DNA of 64,000 nucleotides from Batkoa obscura (Eukaryota): NCBI GenBank assembly GCA_030770535.1, contig JASVEC010000012.1, positions 868,001 to 932,000 of the forward strand, read 5' to 3'. Shown piece by piece: positions 13,034 to 25,215 of this stretch (position 1 is its first letter; each line of letters starts with the position of its first letter). The notes under the pieces were generated by a model. It saw only the letters and a program-made list of their open reading frames with translations, ran no database searches and was not told where the DNA came from. The position numbers and the translations under genes were made by a program.

Positions 13034-13243
13034 TTAACAATCTGCACCACAGCAGCATCTACCCCAATCACAATCTCCATTAAGACCATACTTTGGACTT
13101 CTATTTCCCCAACTACAAATGTTTAGGCAATCCTGGTCAATAAGACATTGGCCAGTTTTAACAGTACATCTTCTACAGATATCCGAACCAGCTACATAGA
13201 GAACAAATAAGAGGACTAATAATAATTTGAAACCGTTAAGCAT
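13034..13243 (-). CDS. Secreted 10-Cys defensin-like peptide (type B variant)
   Basis: Differs from type B at 2 mature residues (V>I, E>G), 3 signal-peptide residues and several synonymous sites. Confidence 0.87.
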   Translation of the reverse strand: MLNGFKLLLVLLFVLYVAGSDICRRCTVKTGQCLIDQDCLNICSWGNRSPKYGLNGDCDWGRCCCGADC

Positions 13244-13672
13244 TTTATATATTCTAAATTATATGATTGTAAATATTTTTAACTAAATTTCATTATTTAA
13301 ATCCTTACTTTATAAAATGAAAGAAAAAGTGATTAAAGTTTATGTATGACTTTATATGCTATTTATACTAGATTTTAAATTCAACAGTATATTACTAATA
13401 AATTTGACATTTAGAAATATATCATATGTAGTATTAATTTACTATAGTATAAAATATCAAAAATTATAAGCAAGTTGTAATTATCAAGTTTAAATTATTA
13501 TTTTAATCATTTTAACAATATCATCAATCTTTATAAGTTAAGCTCATAGATACTGATAGTTAAAAGTAAGATCTTAAAAGCATAAAACATATATAAATAT
13601 GCTTATTAATTAATCTCATCTATTTATTATTGAAGCTAGCTTAATAGATTATTTTAACTTAATTGTTTATTT

Positions 13673-13771
13673 GGGAATGTATTTTTTTATTTAAGAATTT
13701 TACTAACAATCTTTCCGCTCAAATAGCGCTCAAAAAATAGAAAAAATAATGAAACCAGAAAAAACATCCTC
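13673..13771 (+). mobile_element. MITE family A copy
   Basis: Consensus core; ATTT direct repeat on both sides. Confidence 0.9.
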
Positions 13772-16263
13772 ATTTTGACTTAATTGCTATTAAGGGATAG
13801 CTAGTTTTATAATAGCATTCAAGTTATAATATACAGCGGTTATTCGAACTGAGGTAGCCTAAACTATGCATTGGGTTGAAGAATAGCTTACTTCACTGTA
13901 TCTAAATCATATCCTAGTTATTATATATCTTTTTGCAAGATTATTAGCAGTCTTTGAAATTCTTTAACATATTTTTGATAACTTTAATATATTTCAAATT
14001 AGTGATTTACCTATTACTTTCTGTTTTTTGACGAGTTTTTAAACTATTTTTTGGTCTAAAAGATGTATTTAACTTACTGCCAAAGGTAAACTTAAGAGAG
14101 GGACTTTTAGATAATGAGACGCTTACTAAAATGTCTCTAGAGATTATAATAAAGGCCTTATCAATGATTAGAAGGCTTTTGGTACTATCCAGATTTAAAC
14201 TTTAATATCTATTTTAGAAAAATAACAAAACCTACTGTGCCAAAAAAGTGAGCTATATATTTTGAAAAAGGAATATAAACTACCCAATGTTATTAATAAA
14301 ATACAAAACACAATCCAAATGATACTTTATTGCTACCTTTTACGTCAAGGCAGGTTTTTTTGCTTTAGCAAATAAACAGTGAGCTAAAACAATAAGTTTA
14401 AAATTTTTATTTAAGATAACTACCAAGAAATTTTATTTTATTTGCACAATTTATACTATCGTCATATCTGAGGTACTTTTAAATGGCGGAGACATTTCAA
14501 TGACCTAAACTGGGGCCTTATAGTTAGCTTTATAACTGTATCACTCATCCTGTATAAAGTATTTAGCTCTACTCCTTAATAGTTACTTCATATGGAACTT
14601 AATTCTTCACTGAATTTTCTTATAAAAAATATTATATTTTTCATTTCTTAGTTATATTAATCAATAAAAATATGCAAATTGCTTTGATGATGTAAAAGAA
14701 CTTTATTTTACAAAAATATGAATTCGTATTTTACAAATCTCAAGTTCCTTCTTTTAATATTTTAGCTTTTTTTATTTTTCAAACATACTCAAACTCAAAA
14801 ATCAAAACATATAGTAGTTGCTAAGAAAAGTTAAAAAACAGATTGAAACAATAGTTATTTAAATAATAGGTAAGAAAGGAACCATTTTAAGGTATTTAAG
14901 GGTCTTTAAATTAAGCACTTTTAACTATGGTAAATCTAAACTTCACACTTAATAGTTTTAATGCAACAAATAAAATGCGAGTATTTTTTTCGATTTAAAA
15001 TATGTCACTTTATATTTTAATTTTAGGTTCCAATGTTAAAAGAAGCAAAAAAAACAAGATAATACCAAATTAGAATGAGATGAGCCCCAAAGTTGTAATA
15101 TGATAAGCGAAGAGAGTAAAAAGGATCTAGCTAAGATAGTTATTAAACAAGAGAAGTATATAAAGGAAGCGGCAGATGAATTACCTATTGGTTATAAACT
15201 TGCATTTGGTTTTATTGCCAAAGAAAGGAAGAGGTTACGTAAGAAATTAAATTCAAGAAAGTCAAGCTCAGAAGAAAATGATGAAATCAGAACATTTATT
15301 AGCGAATCCAGAAATAGAACGAGTGATGAGGTTATAAGGGGTTTGCTAAACTTAGTGGATATACAAGAGATATCGATAAAGGAAACATCAAAGCATTTGT
15401 CAGTTAATTATAATACCACATGGGATACTATTCATAGGGATAGAAGTAAATTACAAAAAACCATGAATTCAGTGGAAAAAAGATTGAAAATAACGGTGTG
15501 ATAACCATACATTGAGATAGAAAAATAACAAAAGTTAAAAATTCACGGAATTATGTCAAATTAAATAATAGGGTTGATAAAACTTTACTATCAACAGTGA
15601 AAGAGAAAGCAGCGTTTACAAAAAATGCATTGAAGCAACTGTCAATTAACAATGATGATATAAAATCTACAGTTATTCAAGAAAGAAAAAAAAGATGAGG
15701 GTATATTTTTAAAAGAAGTAGATATAAAAAGGAATGGTAAACTAAAAAAAATTAAATCAGACCCCCGAAGTGAAACAAGCAGTTAGACTAGAGAAGGTCT
15801 ATTGAAACTGGTACTTATACAAAGAACATCTGTAAAAGAAGTAGCAAAGCAGTTATCCATAAAATATGGTACTACGTCAAATATTATTTTTAGAGAAAGA
15901 GAATATTAGGAAAAATAGGCATCCAAAGCAACGATGGAATAAGCATTTAGAAATACTACGAAATAAACAATACTAAAAATTTGTATGGTTCATCTTTGAT
16001 TGAGTAAGTAACTTTGGGAATTGAAGAGATTATTAAGGAAAATAACATTATACTTTGAATCAAATACAAGAGATACTACACAACCAAATGAGTATTAAAT
16101 TAAAACTATCTTTTATAAGCAAAGCGTTAAAGTCCTTAAAAGTGACTCTTAAAAACTCAGGCTTTAAGCTAAATAAGATAAATGATACATATTCAATGTC
16201 TAAAAAAACAGAGTATGCTAACTTTTTTATTCAACGCTACTTTGATAATTTAAACAAATATAT

Positions 16264-16362
16264 GGGGATGTATTTTTGTGTTTAAGGATTTTACTAACAG
16301 TCTTTCCGCTCAAATAGCGCTTAAAAGATAGAAAAAATAATAAAGTCAAAAAAGACACCCCC
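16264..16362 (+). mobile_element. MITE family A copy inserted in the transposase
   Basis: ATAT TSD; removal restores the reading frame. Confidence 0.92.
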
Positions 16363-16884
16363 ATATATTTATTTACGAATCAGAATTTAATTACCATTTA
16401 AGTAATACAAGTGTATTTTCATTAAATGAAAAAGATCAGTTGTGACTATTCTAACTATAAATGATAAAAAACAAGTACCAACAGTTCCAGCATCCCCAAA
16501 TGGTATACTATATTATGCTTTGTCTGATATAATAGACGATATTGAAAGGATTTCCAGCTTTATAAATAAGTTAGCTGCTATTCTTGATCGAAATCAAGGA
16601 ATGAGGGGATCTTGGGTATTTATAAATAATACAAAGATCTATGAGGTTGAATTAGCTGAGAAAGTGTTATTTAATAGCAACTATCAGTTTAGTTTCTTAC
16701 TGCCTCATCCTCATATGCTAAGTCCAGCAGAGTATATTTTTTCATGAATTGAGGCATCTATAAATACTTGTTTGTCATCAAATTTAATTACTTTTCAAAG
16801 TATCAAAATCAATATTAAGGATATATTTGAGCATGCTGTTTCAACAATTAGTAAGCTAGACTGCTCCAAATATTTTTATGATAT

Positions 16885-16979
16885 GGTGGTGTTTTTTTTG
16901 GCTTCATTTTTTTCATCTTCTAAGCACTATTTGAGCGGAAAAATGGTTGTAAAATCCTTGAACACAAAAACACATCCCC
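16885..16979 (-). mobile_element. MITE family A copy inserted in the transposase C-terminus
   Basis: ATAT TSD. Confidence 0.9.
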
Positions 16980-18197
16980 ATATAGAGAAAAATATAGCTT
17001 TAGCTTCACTCAGTCTCCCTTTTGATTAAGTTAAAACAAATATTTACATTGCTTTAATAATTTTTTTGGTATTTTATAATATTAAGTATACAAGGTTTTA
17101 ATGAAAACTTATTGCTTCTACTAGTGTTAGCCTTTAAATTCAATAATATATTATAAATATAGTAATCGATCTATTCATGAAATTATTAATCTAAAAACTA
17201 AAGTACATAAACCTTTTAATTGCTTTTACTTAAAATAAAATGTACTCTATTTAATTAAGTCTACATATTATTAATAGTTTTAAAAGCCATCAAATAAGAA
17301 ATGCAGAAGAAAGTACTTTAATTATACCTATCACCCCTTGAATGTCTTCATTTTAACGTTCATTTTATCAACAAACCACCAGAAACCTTGTTCTTAAAAG
17401 TTATATGAGAACACCCCTTTCTCCTTTGATATTTATCCACTTTTCTAAGTACAAATATTGAAATATTAGCGTAGACTTTGGGCAAAGTCATGCTATAATT
17501 TTTCACTTTTATCATTTAATTTAAAAATAAACTCACCTTCACACTTTGTTAAAAAAAGTAAATTACATTGTTTCATGTAAAAAATTATTAAAACCAAGTA
17601 GAAATTGTTATAATATTCTAATTAGAATTATTATGTATAGTTAATAGCTCAGTCCTCATTATAAATAGAATAGGTACTTTTGATTTTAAAGCATTTTGTT
17701 TTGAAATTATATCTAAGTAAAAATTAACTACTTATTTTTATGTATGATACCCATTTCATTAAACAATTACAATATAAAAATAGGAGGTGTAAAAAATTAG
17801 AGAAAGAAAAAGATAGTAATTGAAAAAATAATGGTTAATGAATTCATTAAATTAATTTTAATTAATTGTAGCGCTCAACTATATTATTATGTTGTTACTT
17901 CCTTAGTACAATTATTACTATTTTATTTTTCTTTCTTACTTACCATATTTGTAAAATTCCATTAAATTTTTCAAACGTTTGAAAACAACTTAATTTGGTC
18001 AAAAAAAAGGTAAATAAATAGATTGAGATCCTTGGATATACCAAGATCGAATTAGAAATTAAAAATTACTTAGTGACGCAGTGGTGAAAGAGAATGAATA
18101 GCCTACTATTATTTAAATGAAAGCTGATCTTTCCATTTTGACTATTTTAACTCCACTTCATCTACCCCTTTTTTATTTCCTATTTACTTTAATTAAT

Positions 18198-19301
18198 ATG
18201 ATCGATACCAACTTATTAGTCTATCTTATTTTATTATTAAAAACTAGCCCTATCCAAGGCCATTCCTGGTTAGATTGCGTTGACCTACGAGGAAAAGAAT
18301 GTAAAGGCTTTGTCCGTGGTTATGTAGGTCATATAGATGATCCGATGACTTATCGTATCGAATTAAGAAACAATGAGCAAGCAGTATGTCATCCAAACAC
18401 TCAAACATCACCAGATTCTTATTCAAATCAGTATCCTCGATCTAAAGCGATGCCGGGTCAAAAATTAATTTTTAGTTACTTAGAAAATGGCCATGTTACT
18501 AAGGATCGCTTGCCACCTAATGGTAAACCTAACCCTAAAACTTATACGATTCATTGGAGTGGTAAACCATTTGCGGGTAATACTAATGATGATTCTCAAA
18601 TCAAGATTAGGGGCGAGCTGAATGCAGGGAATCAGTTAGGTAATTATAGTTAACACTAATAAATAAATAAGTCTAATAGTTAAAATTTAGGTGGTGAGCA
18701 TAGCTTTGATGATGGACAATGCGCGGAAGATAATACTATGGGTAGAGAAGGACCCAAACCTTGTTTAGGGGAATTAACGATACCACCAAATATAGCACCA
18801 GGAGTTTATCAATTTATTTGGTGGTGGAAATTTGATAAGGATCCCAAAGCTGGGGGTGAAGAATATACTTCTTGCTTTGATGTTGAAGTAATGAACAGCT
18901 TTAAATATAATGTTACTACTAGTATGCCTAATTATGATTCTAGTAATAATAGGCCCAATAATGCGGGTAATAACAATGTAGCCAACAATAGTGTGACTAA
19001 CAATAATGCGGCTAACAGTAATGTAAATAATAATGTAAATAATGAAAGTAACAATGAAGATGATGATGATGATGACAATAATGAAGAGGATAGTAGAAGG
19101 AGAGTTAAATATATTCCATCTTCAGTTTATTCGGCTAAAGCGTACGCTTATGTAAAGCCAACTTCAATTGAATTTGATAGTCACAATAGCAATAACACTA
19201 CTACTAAACATAGTAAACACTTTAATAATAATAGAAGTAGACCAGTAATATATAATGGTGAAAGTATTAAAAATTACGAGGCAATAGAAGAAGAAAAATA
19301 A
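18198..19301 (+). CDS. Secreted His1 protein, candidate LPMO-like copper protein with Asn/Asp-rich disordered tail (intron 18640..18690)
   Basis: Signal peptide ...PIQG|HSWLDC, then YLENGHV, CxIPxxxxPGVYQFIWWW and EEYTSCFDV. A GT-AG intron joins the two ORF-track pieces in frame. Confidence 0.7.
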
Positions 19302-19362
19302 CTTTAAAAATTCATCCCTATGTTTTATCAGATGATTGTCTTTTATTATTAAACACATTTTT

Positions 19363-19969
19363 TTATTTTGACTCTTGTTCATTTTTATTTTGACTTCTAT
19401 TTTCATTTTGTCTTTCTAGTAAAATAATATCATACCCAGCCTCAGCCAACTGGGCATCTGTATGAGGCGAATTACTAGGTCTGCCATATCCAATAGATTC
19501 TAAAACAGTCTAAAATAAAATAGATAAATTAACTAAGTTTCATTAATGAAGCACTTACTTTTTGTTTATTAACACAATTCCAAAATACATTATATTGATC
19601 AAAGCACATCTTTAATCGATCTTGCCAGTTCCCGTTTCTTAAACATTGATATACCTCTGACTCATATTCTGAACAATTTTCTAGCGCCATATCCTTAATT
19701 TTTTCTTTTGTATATTTGTTCATTTCTACAGCTTGTCTTAGCTCTGTGTTCTCATCACTTTTACTACTAGTATTATTAGTTGTTGTAGCATCTTTTTCTT
19801 TTTCATTTGGCTCCAAAATAACTTTAATAGGATTCTTATTAAACTCTTGTTGAATTTTTTCGGCCTCTAATTTATAGTTTTCTTCATCTTTAGTTTGATT
19901 ACTATTGAATTTGGTTTGATTTTTCAAATAGTCACTGAAAAAATTGCTTTCTTCTTTATCTGAACTCAT
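19363..19969 (-). CDS. Twin Cx9C (CHCH-like) protein, likely mitochondrial intermembrane space (intron 19510..19558)
   Basis: CSEYESEVYQC and CFDQYNVFWNC; second exon TVLESIGY...EQESK*. Confidence 0.7.
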
Positions 19970-20136
19970 GTTTAAATAGGATAATAAAAATAGATAAGAA
20001 AATACCAAAATGTCAAAGCTTCCAACTTAAAACTAATAGCAACCAATCATTTAAGTAGTTCTAACTAAAGTTAGCTCGAATGGAGTATAAAAACACAAAG
20101 TTGATTTATTAAAAATGATTACTTTTCAACAAAAAA

Positions 20137-21151
20137 ATGATAGATTGGACTTTTGGATTAAGGTATTTAACAAGAATAACTAAAATCTTATGAATAAGAC
20201 TAATAAATATAGCGCGGTATTAGCCACCTCTTTAGGTTTAATTTATAGAGGCCAGCAATTTTTATTATACATGCCAAGCTACCCTCAAGATTCTAGAACA
20301 AAAGTAAAAAATAAGTTAATAATAAACCAAGTAATTAAACAATAAGCTAGATAGAAAATCCCTCCAAGTATGGTATGGAGGATTATGAAGATTTGAGGTT
20401 AACGTGTGAAGATAGTACAAAAATCCAGGCTTATATGATTTATAGTGACATTATAGATGGGCATCAATCAAATTTAACTATTCTTTATTTCCACGCTAAC
20501 GCAGGTAACTTGGGTCATCGATTACCTATTGCTTCTAGATTGCATACTATGTTGAATTGTAATATTTTAATGGTTTCTTATAGAGGGTAATATTATAAAG
20601 ATAGCATGATAACAAGATAATGTTTTATTAATAGATATGGTAAAAGTGAAGGGGAACCTGAAGAGGAAGGAATAAAATTAGATTCTCAGGCAGCATTAGA
20701 TTATATTTTAAATAATGATAGATTAAAAGATAACAAAATCATAGTTTATGGGCAAAGTATTGGAGGGGCAGTAGCAATTGCTCTAGCGGAAAAAAACAAG
20801 AGGAAAATTGATGGCATCATTATTGAAAATACGTTTTTAAGTTTAAGTAAGTTGATAGAAACTTTAGTACCCATTGGCGGTAGCATTGTATCGTACTTAT
20901 TAAATCAAACTTGGGATAGTGAGAGCTTAATAATAAATTTAAAGCACCTGCCCATTTTATTTTTGGTGGGTGAAAAAGACCAATTAATTAATCCAACACA
21001 TATGGAAAAATTATTTGAGCTAGCATCTGTGGATTCAACCTGTGCTAAATCTTTCGTTGTAATTAAAGATGGTACCCATAACGATACCTGTGTTTTTCCT
21101 ACCTACTATCGTGCTATAAAAGAGTTTATTACAAGGAATCGACTAATCTAA
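20137..21151 (+). CDS. bem46: Bem46/ABHD13-family alpha/beta hydrolase (3 short introns)
   Basis: YFHANAGNLGHRLP, SYRGYG, GQSIGGAVA nucleophile elbow, ENTF, GTHNDT; N-terminal hydrophobic anchor. Confidence 0.88.
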
Positions 21152-21157
21152 TTTTAT

Positions 21158-21772
21158 CTACTCTTCCTTTCTCTTAAAATATTCTTGTACAAATAATTCA
21201 ATTCGTTTTTTTGAGCCTAATAGATTGGCTATTTCAATCACTTTATAATAATTTAAAGCAGACAACTCAAAGTGTCTCTCTCGCATGGCAGTCACTGATT
21301 TATGCTTACTCCTGAACCTCAAATATTGAATAAATAAACCAAAAAAGCAAGCTAGTAATATCATCACAACTATTGTCTCATTTTTACCATAAATCAATGG
21401 ATTTTTTCCTCTTGTAAACCCAGTTTTATAAGGGCCTGCTCGATACACAGTGTAATAAGGTTCTCTTTTACTATTTTGATAACTTTTATTCTCTAGATTT
21501 GAGTGTTTACGTAAATATTGGTAAGCTTGGATCACGAGTACTAAATCGTTATTATTCTTATCCTTATTAGTTGAATGAGTATGATTTCTATCTGGATGAA
21601 ATTTCAAACATAATTCTAAATACTTTTTTTTAATTTCAGCTAATGAGCTGCCTTTCGATACCCCTAATATCTCATATGGATCACCAAGTTTTCTATCCCA
21701 ATACTCTACTTTAATCGGCTTACTTGTACTGAATAACCTTACATTTGGTTTGATTATTTGAAGCAGCTTCAT
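21158..21772 (-). CDS. J-domain protein with mitochondrial-type presequence and one TM helix
   Basis: DPYEILGV...EIKKKY...FHPDRN; basic RLFS-type N-terminus. Confidence 0.85.
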   Translation of the reverse strand: MKLLQIIKPNVRLFSTSKPIKVEYWDRKLGDPYEILGVSKGSSLAEIKKKYLELCLKFHPDRNHTHSTNKDKNNNDLVLVIQAYQYLRKHSNLENKSYQNSKREPYYTVYRAGPYKTGFTRGKNPLIYGKNETIVVMILLACFFGLFIQYLRFRSKHKSVTAMRERHFELSALNYYKVIEIANLLGSKKRIELFVQEYFKRKEE

Positions 21773-22948
21773 TATTTAAAAATTATATAGTATAAAAGTT
21801 CTGTTTTGTTATTAAAAAGAATAATAAATAAGAAGTTACAAAGATAGCTTAATGTTATTGGCTGGGGTTAATCCATTTTTTTAAATAAAATCGAGCATTT
21901 TTATTGCAGGTAACATAAATTTGATTTTTTAAAATATTTTTGAATTTTTGAAATTATATCTAGCTCACAAAATTAAGCTATTTTAATAATAGAATTTATA
22001 ATATAATAATGTGACGACCAGACTTAAAGATACTATAATCACCCTATTACTATAAAATTGAGGCAGTTCAATAATACTTAAACATCAAAGTTTGATTGAA
22101 TCAACTTTATTGAACTTTTAACAGTTATTTTTAATAATTGTAAACATCATATTAATAGTTTAATTACCTTGAAAACAATAAGAGAAAGACCTATTAGATT
22201 GAAATTATTTACACCAGTGTAGATTATTGTTCAATATAATTTTATTAGTAAAACAGTAATATAATAAATTTATTTTATATATTATGTTTTATCCTTTTTT
22301 CTTGGCAGTTGTTATTAAATTGAATTCTATCTTAATGAGATCATTATTAAGCCTTAGATTGATAGTTTAAACTAAAAATAAGATAAAGTGAAAACTTCAA
22401 AACTTATTTAAAATTATTCTCTAATTCTTTATTTTGATATTAGATATTTAAGTTTGGGTTGTAAAAATTAAAAAAAAAAGAAATGTAAATAAATTTAACT
22501 CTAAACAGTGATATAGATAAGGTCAAGTAAATAAAATCAAGTTTATACAATAAGAATATCAAGCCTAATAAAGTATAATGAATAAATGATTAAAGGCCTA
22601 TTGTCCAACTTTTAATAACTTAAAAATAATGACAATTCTGTTTATAAACAAAAGATCAAATTTTCTAAACAAAATTAACTGAAAAGCAACACAACATTAG
22701 TTGCCAATTAAATCTTGAATTAACTGGTTAAATTGGGTTTTCAATGAGGCATGTATCTAATTTACGTTAAGCGATTAATAAATACTAGAGTATTACAATT
22801 AACTCTAAATAGTAATTAAAGTAACCGCTTAACTAGAATAAATCCACTATAAATATCAAAAATAAAAATAAAAATAAATTATCTTAAACTTCATTTTATT
22901 CATTAATTCATAGATATTTAATTCATTTTTAAAAGCATTTTATTCATC

Positions 22949-23902
22949 ATGTTCAAGTCTTTATTCATCTGTATTGCTCTTTCTACTTCTTTAGTTGTCT
23001 CTCAATGTGACAATATCAGTATTCAATCCACTGGGGATGTTTCTAAAGCCAGCGGATGTACCAAAGCTAACAGTGTTTTCATTACTGGTGAAGGTCTAGG
23101 GGATATTAGCCTTGACAGCTTACAAAGCGTTAGTGAGACCATTAAAATTACTGGTACTTCCACCTTAACAAAAGTATCTATGAAAAAATTAGAATCCGCT
23201 AAAAACATTGAAATTGATAACAATTCAGGATTAAACTTGGTCACTTTATCTAGTTTATCTGGGCTACAAGGGTATATCTTTTTGTCTGGTAATTCAAAGA
23301 CCTTAAGCTTTTCAGCTCCAAAGTTGTCCACTATTGCTGGTAATGGTACTATTTCAGATGTAGGTACCATAGATATCTCAGGATTAAAGAGCATCAAAAA
23401 TGCTCTTAGTTTTTCTGATAATTCATTCAAAAACGTTAGCTTACCCAACTTAAGTGAGGTATCTCAATCCCTTTCTTTCAACTCCAATGATCAAGTAAAC
23501 TCAATTAAACTTGATAAATTAGAAACCATTGGTGGAGCTTTATTAATTGCCAACAACACTAATCTAAAATCCGCTGAATTCCCAAATCTTTCAAGTGTTA
23601 ATGGTGCCCTTGATGTTAACGGTGATATTAGTAAATTAGACTTACCAGTTCTCAATGAAGTCAAAGGTAATGCTGATATTCAATCTGGAGCTAAAGACTT
23701 AAGCTGTGATAATCTTAATCGTTTACAAGCTGTTGTTGCTGGTAAATTTAACTGTAATGCTGGATCTTCCACCAATTCCACCAAAAATAATACCAAATCA
23801 ACTTCCAGTAAAGGAAATAACTCCTCAGATGCTTTCACCATTCAATTATCGTATACTTTCTTTGCTGCTTCAGCTTTAACTTTATTTTCATTCATCAATT
23901 AG
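22949..23902 (+). CDS. Ecm33/Sps2-like GPI-anchored cell-wall protein (receptor L-domain repeats)
   Basis: Signal peptide, LxxL/IxGxLxI repeats, Ser/Thr-rich stalk and hydrophobic C-terminal GPI signal. Confidence 0.85.
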   Translation: MFKSLFICIALSTSLVVSQCDNISIQSTGDVSKASGCTKANSVFITGEGLGDISLDSLQSVSETIKITGTSTLTKVSMKKLESAKNIEIDNNSGLNLVTLSSLSGLQGYIFLSGNSKTLSFSAPKLSTIAGNGTISDVGTIDISGLKSIKNALSFSDNSFKNVSLPNLSEVSQSLSFNSNDQVNSIKLDKLETIGGALLIANNTNLKSAEFPNLSSVNGALDVNGDISKLDLPVLNEVKGNADIQSGAKDLSCDNLNRLQAVVAGKFNCNAGSSTNSTKNNTKSTSSKGNNSSDAFTIQLSYTFFAASALTLFSFIN

Positions 23903-24196
23903 CTTTTATTAAATTTGCATTATCTTTATTTTCATTTTATTATTTTAGACCTTATAATTTGTATCATTTATTCATAATATTTATTAAATGTATACAAACA
24001 ATTAATAGGATAGTAGCCAATATATGTAATTCCTCAAAAATAATTGATTAGCATTATTGTTAGACTATGTGCTGCAATATTTATGACTTTTTGTTTTTTT
24101 AGTGAAAATAATAGCTCATAACGGCAAAATTAATTATAAACTAACGGTTAAGTTTAAATAAAATCTAAACACAAATTTCAACAATGAAAATGCTAC

Positions 24197-25215
24197 TTAT
24201 ATTTGTTTACTGTTAAGATTCTTATAAAATAGGCTACTTCTAAGACGAAAACTCTGTCTTTGACGATAATCCAAAATTTTAAGCTGGTCAAAATATTCGA
24301 ATTGCCCATTTGGGTAAACAGCACGTGTAAACTCATCTGTAATTTCTAAAGCAGCCAAATGTCCGCCTTTAAAATAGGAAGAAATACCAACATCAATAAG
24401 TATAATACGATTATTACAACGAGCTGTAATTCGATTTTTTTTTTGAATAGTATGTCCTATGATCATACGTTTTGCTTCTAAACGATTTAAAACTTCAGTT
24501 AACTTAGGACATACTTCATCTTCTGATTCCTTAGAATACCCACGATACCATAGAGGCCCATCCCCTTTTTGGGTAAAAATAGCTCGTTTGCGTAACTGTT
24601 TAGGACTATCCAATAAAAGATAATGTTGAGCTTTCCTATTTAAATCATCCACTTTTTTTATGGACCAGTTTAAATTGATACCAGCATGACAAAATACAGT
24701 ATCACGAACTTTGATAGCAATGGTAAGATTTCTCAAATACTGCCCAATAACTCCATCTTTACTGAGTGCTTTCTTACGCTCGTTTAAACAGCCAAAGTTA
24801 GCAATATCTTTTTCAGATACATATTTATAGTTTTCAGCTAAATTCATTATCTCGTGGTTACCCAATAGTGGGATAAATAACCCTCCTTTCGTCTTTGCTT
24901 CTGAGCGAAGGTTTATAAAATAGTTGTATAACTTTTTTGCATCTGGGCCTCGGTCAGTTACATCACCCTGAGTCGAAGTTTAATTTTGATATCAAATAAA
25001 ATATTACAACTTACTGTCTGTATCAAAGTGGTATAATTGCCACCAATCCATTGATAATGATGGTTAATTACTTTAGTCATCCTCAATATTTTAATCAGGT
25101 GATTATAGTCCCCGTGGAGGTCACCTACAACTATTATTCGTTGCTTATGGGAATGGCATCCTATTTTATAATTTAAATGAAATAGAATTACAACAGTCAA
25201 AATGATTAGATTCAT
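24197..25215 (-). CDS. Shewanella-like PPP metallophosphatase with signal peptide, copy 1 (intron 24968..25014)
   Basis: GDLHGD, GDVTDRGP, LLGNHE, HAG, GPLWYRG, GHT, ILIDVG. Confidence 0.88.

Larger units (their letters stand above)
15100..17029 (+). mobile_element. Decayed Tc1/IS630-type (DD34E) transposase with N-terminal HTH-like repeats, interrupted by two MITEs
   Basis: Motif remnants: TLNQIQEIL...ISKALKSLKVTLK (HTH), IFIYESEFN (for FxDESGFN), FINNTKIY (for DNAxxH) and FLLPHPHMLSPAEYIFS (for FLPPYSPxLNPIE), with 34 residues between the last two catalytic positions. Contains stops and frameshifts. Confidence 0.8.

Noticed and set aside
13832..14540. Possible TA|CAG...CTG|TA Tc1-type termini
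   Set aside because: The arms match too weakly beyond the first few bases.
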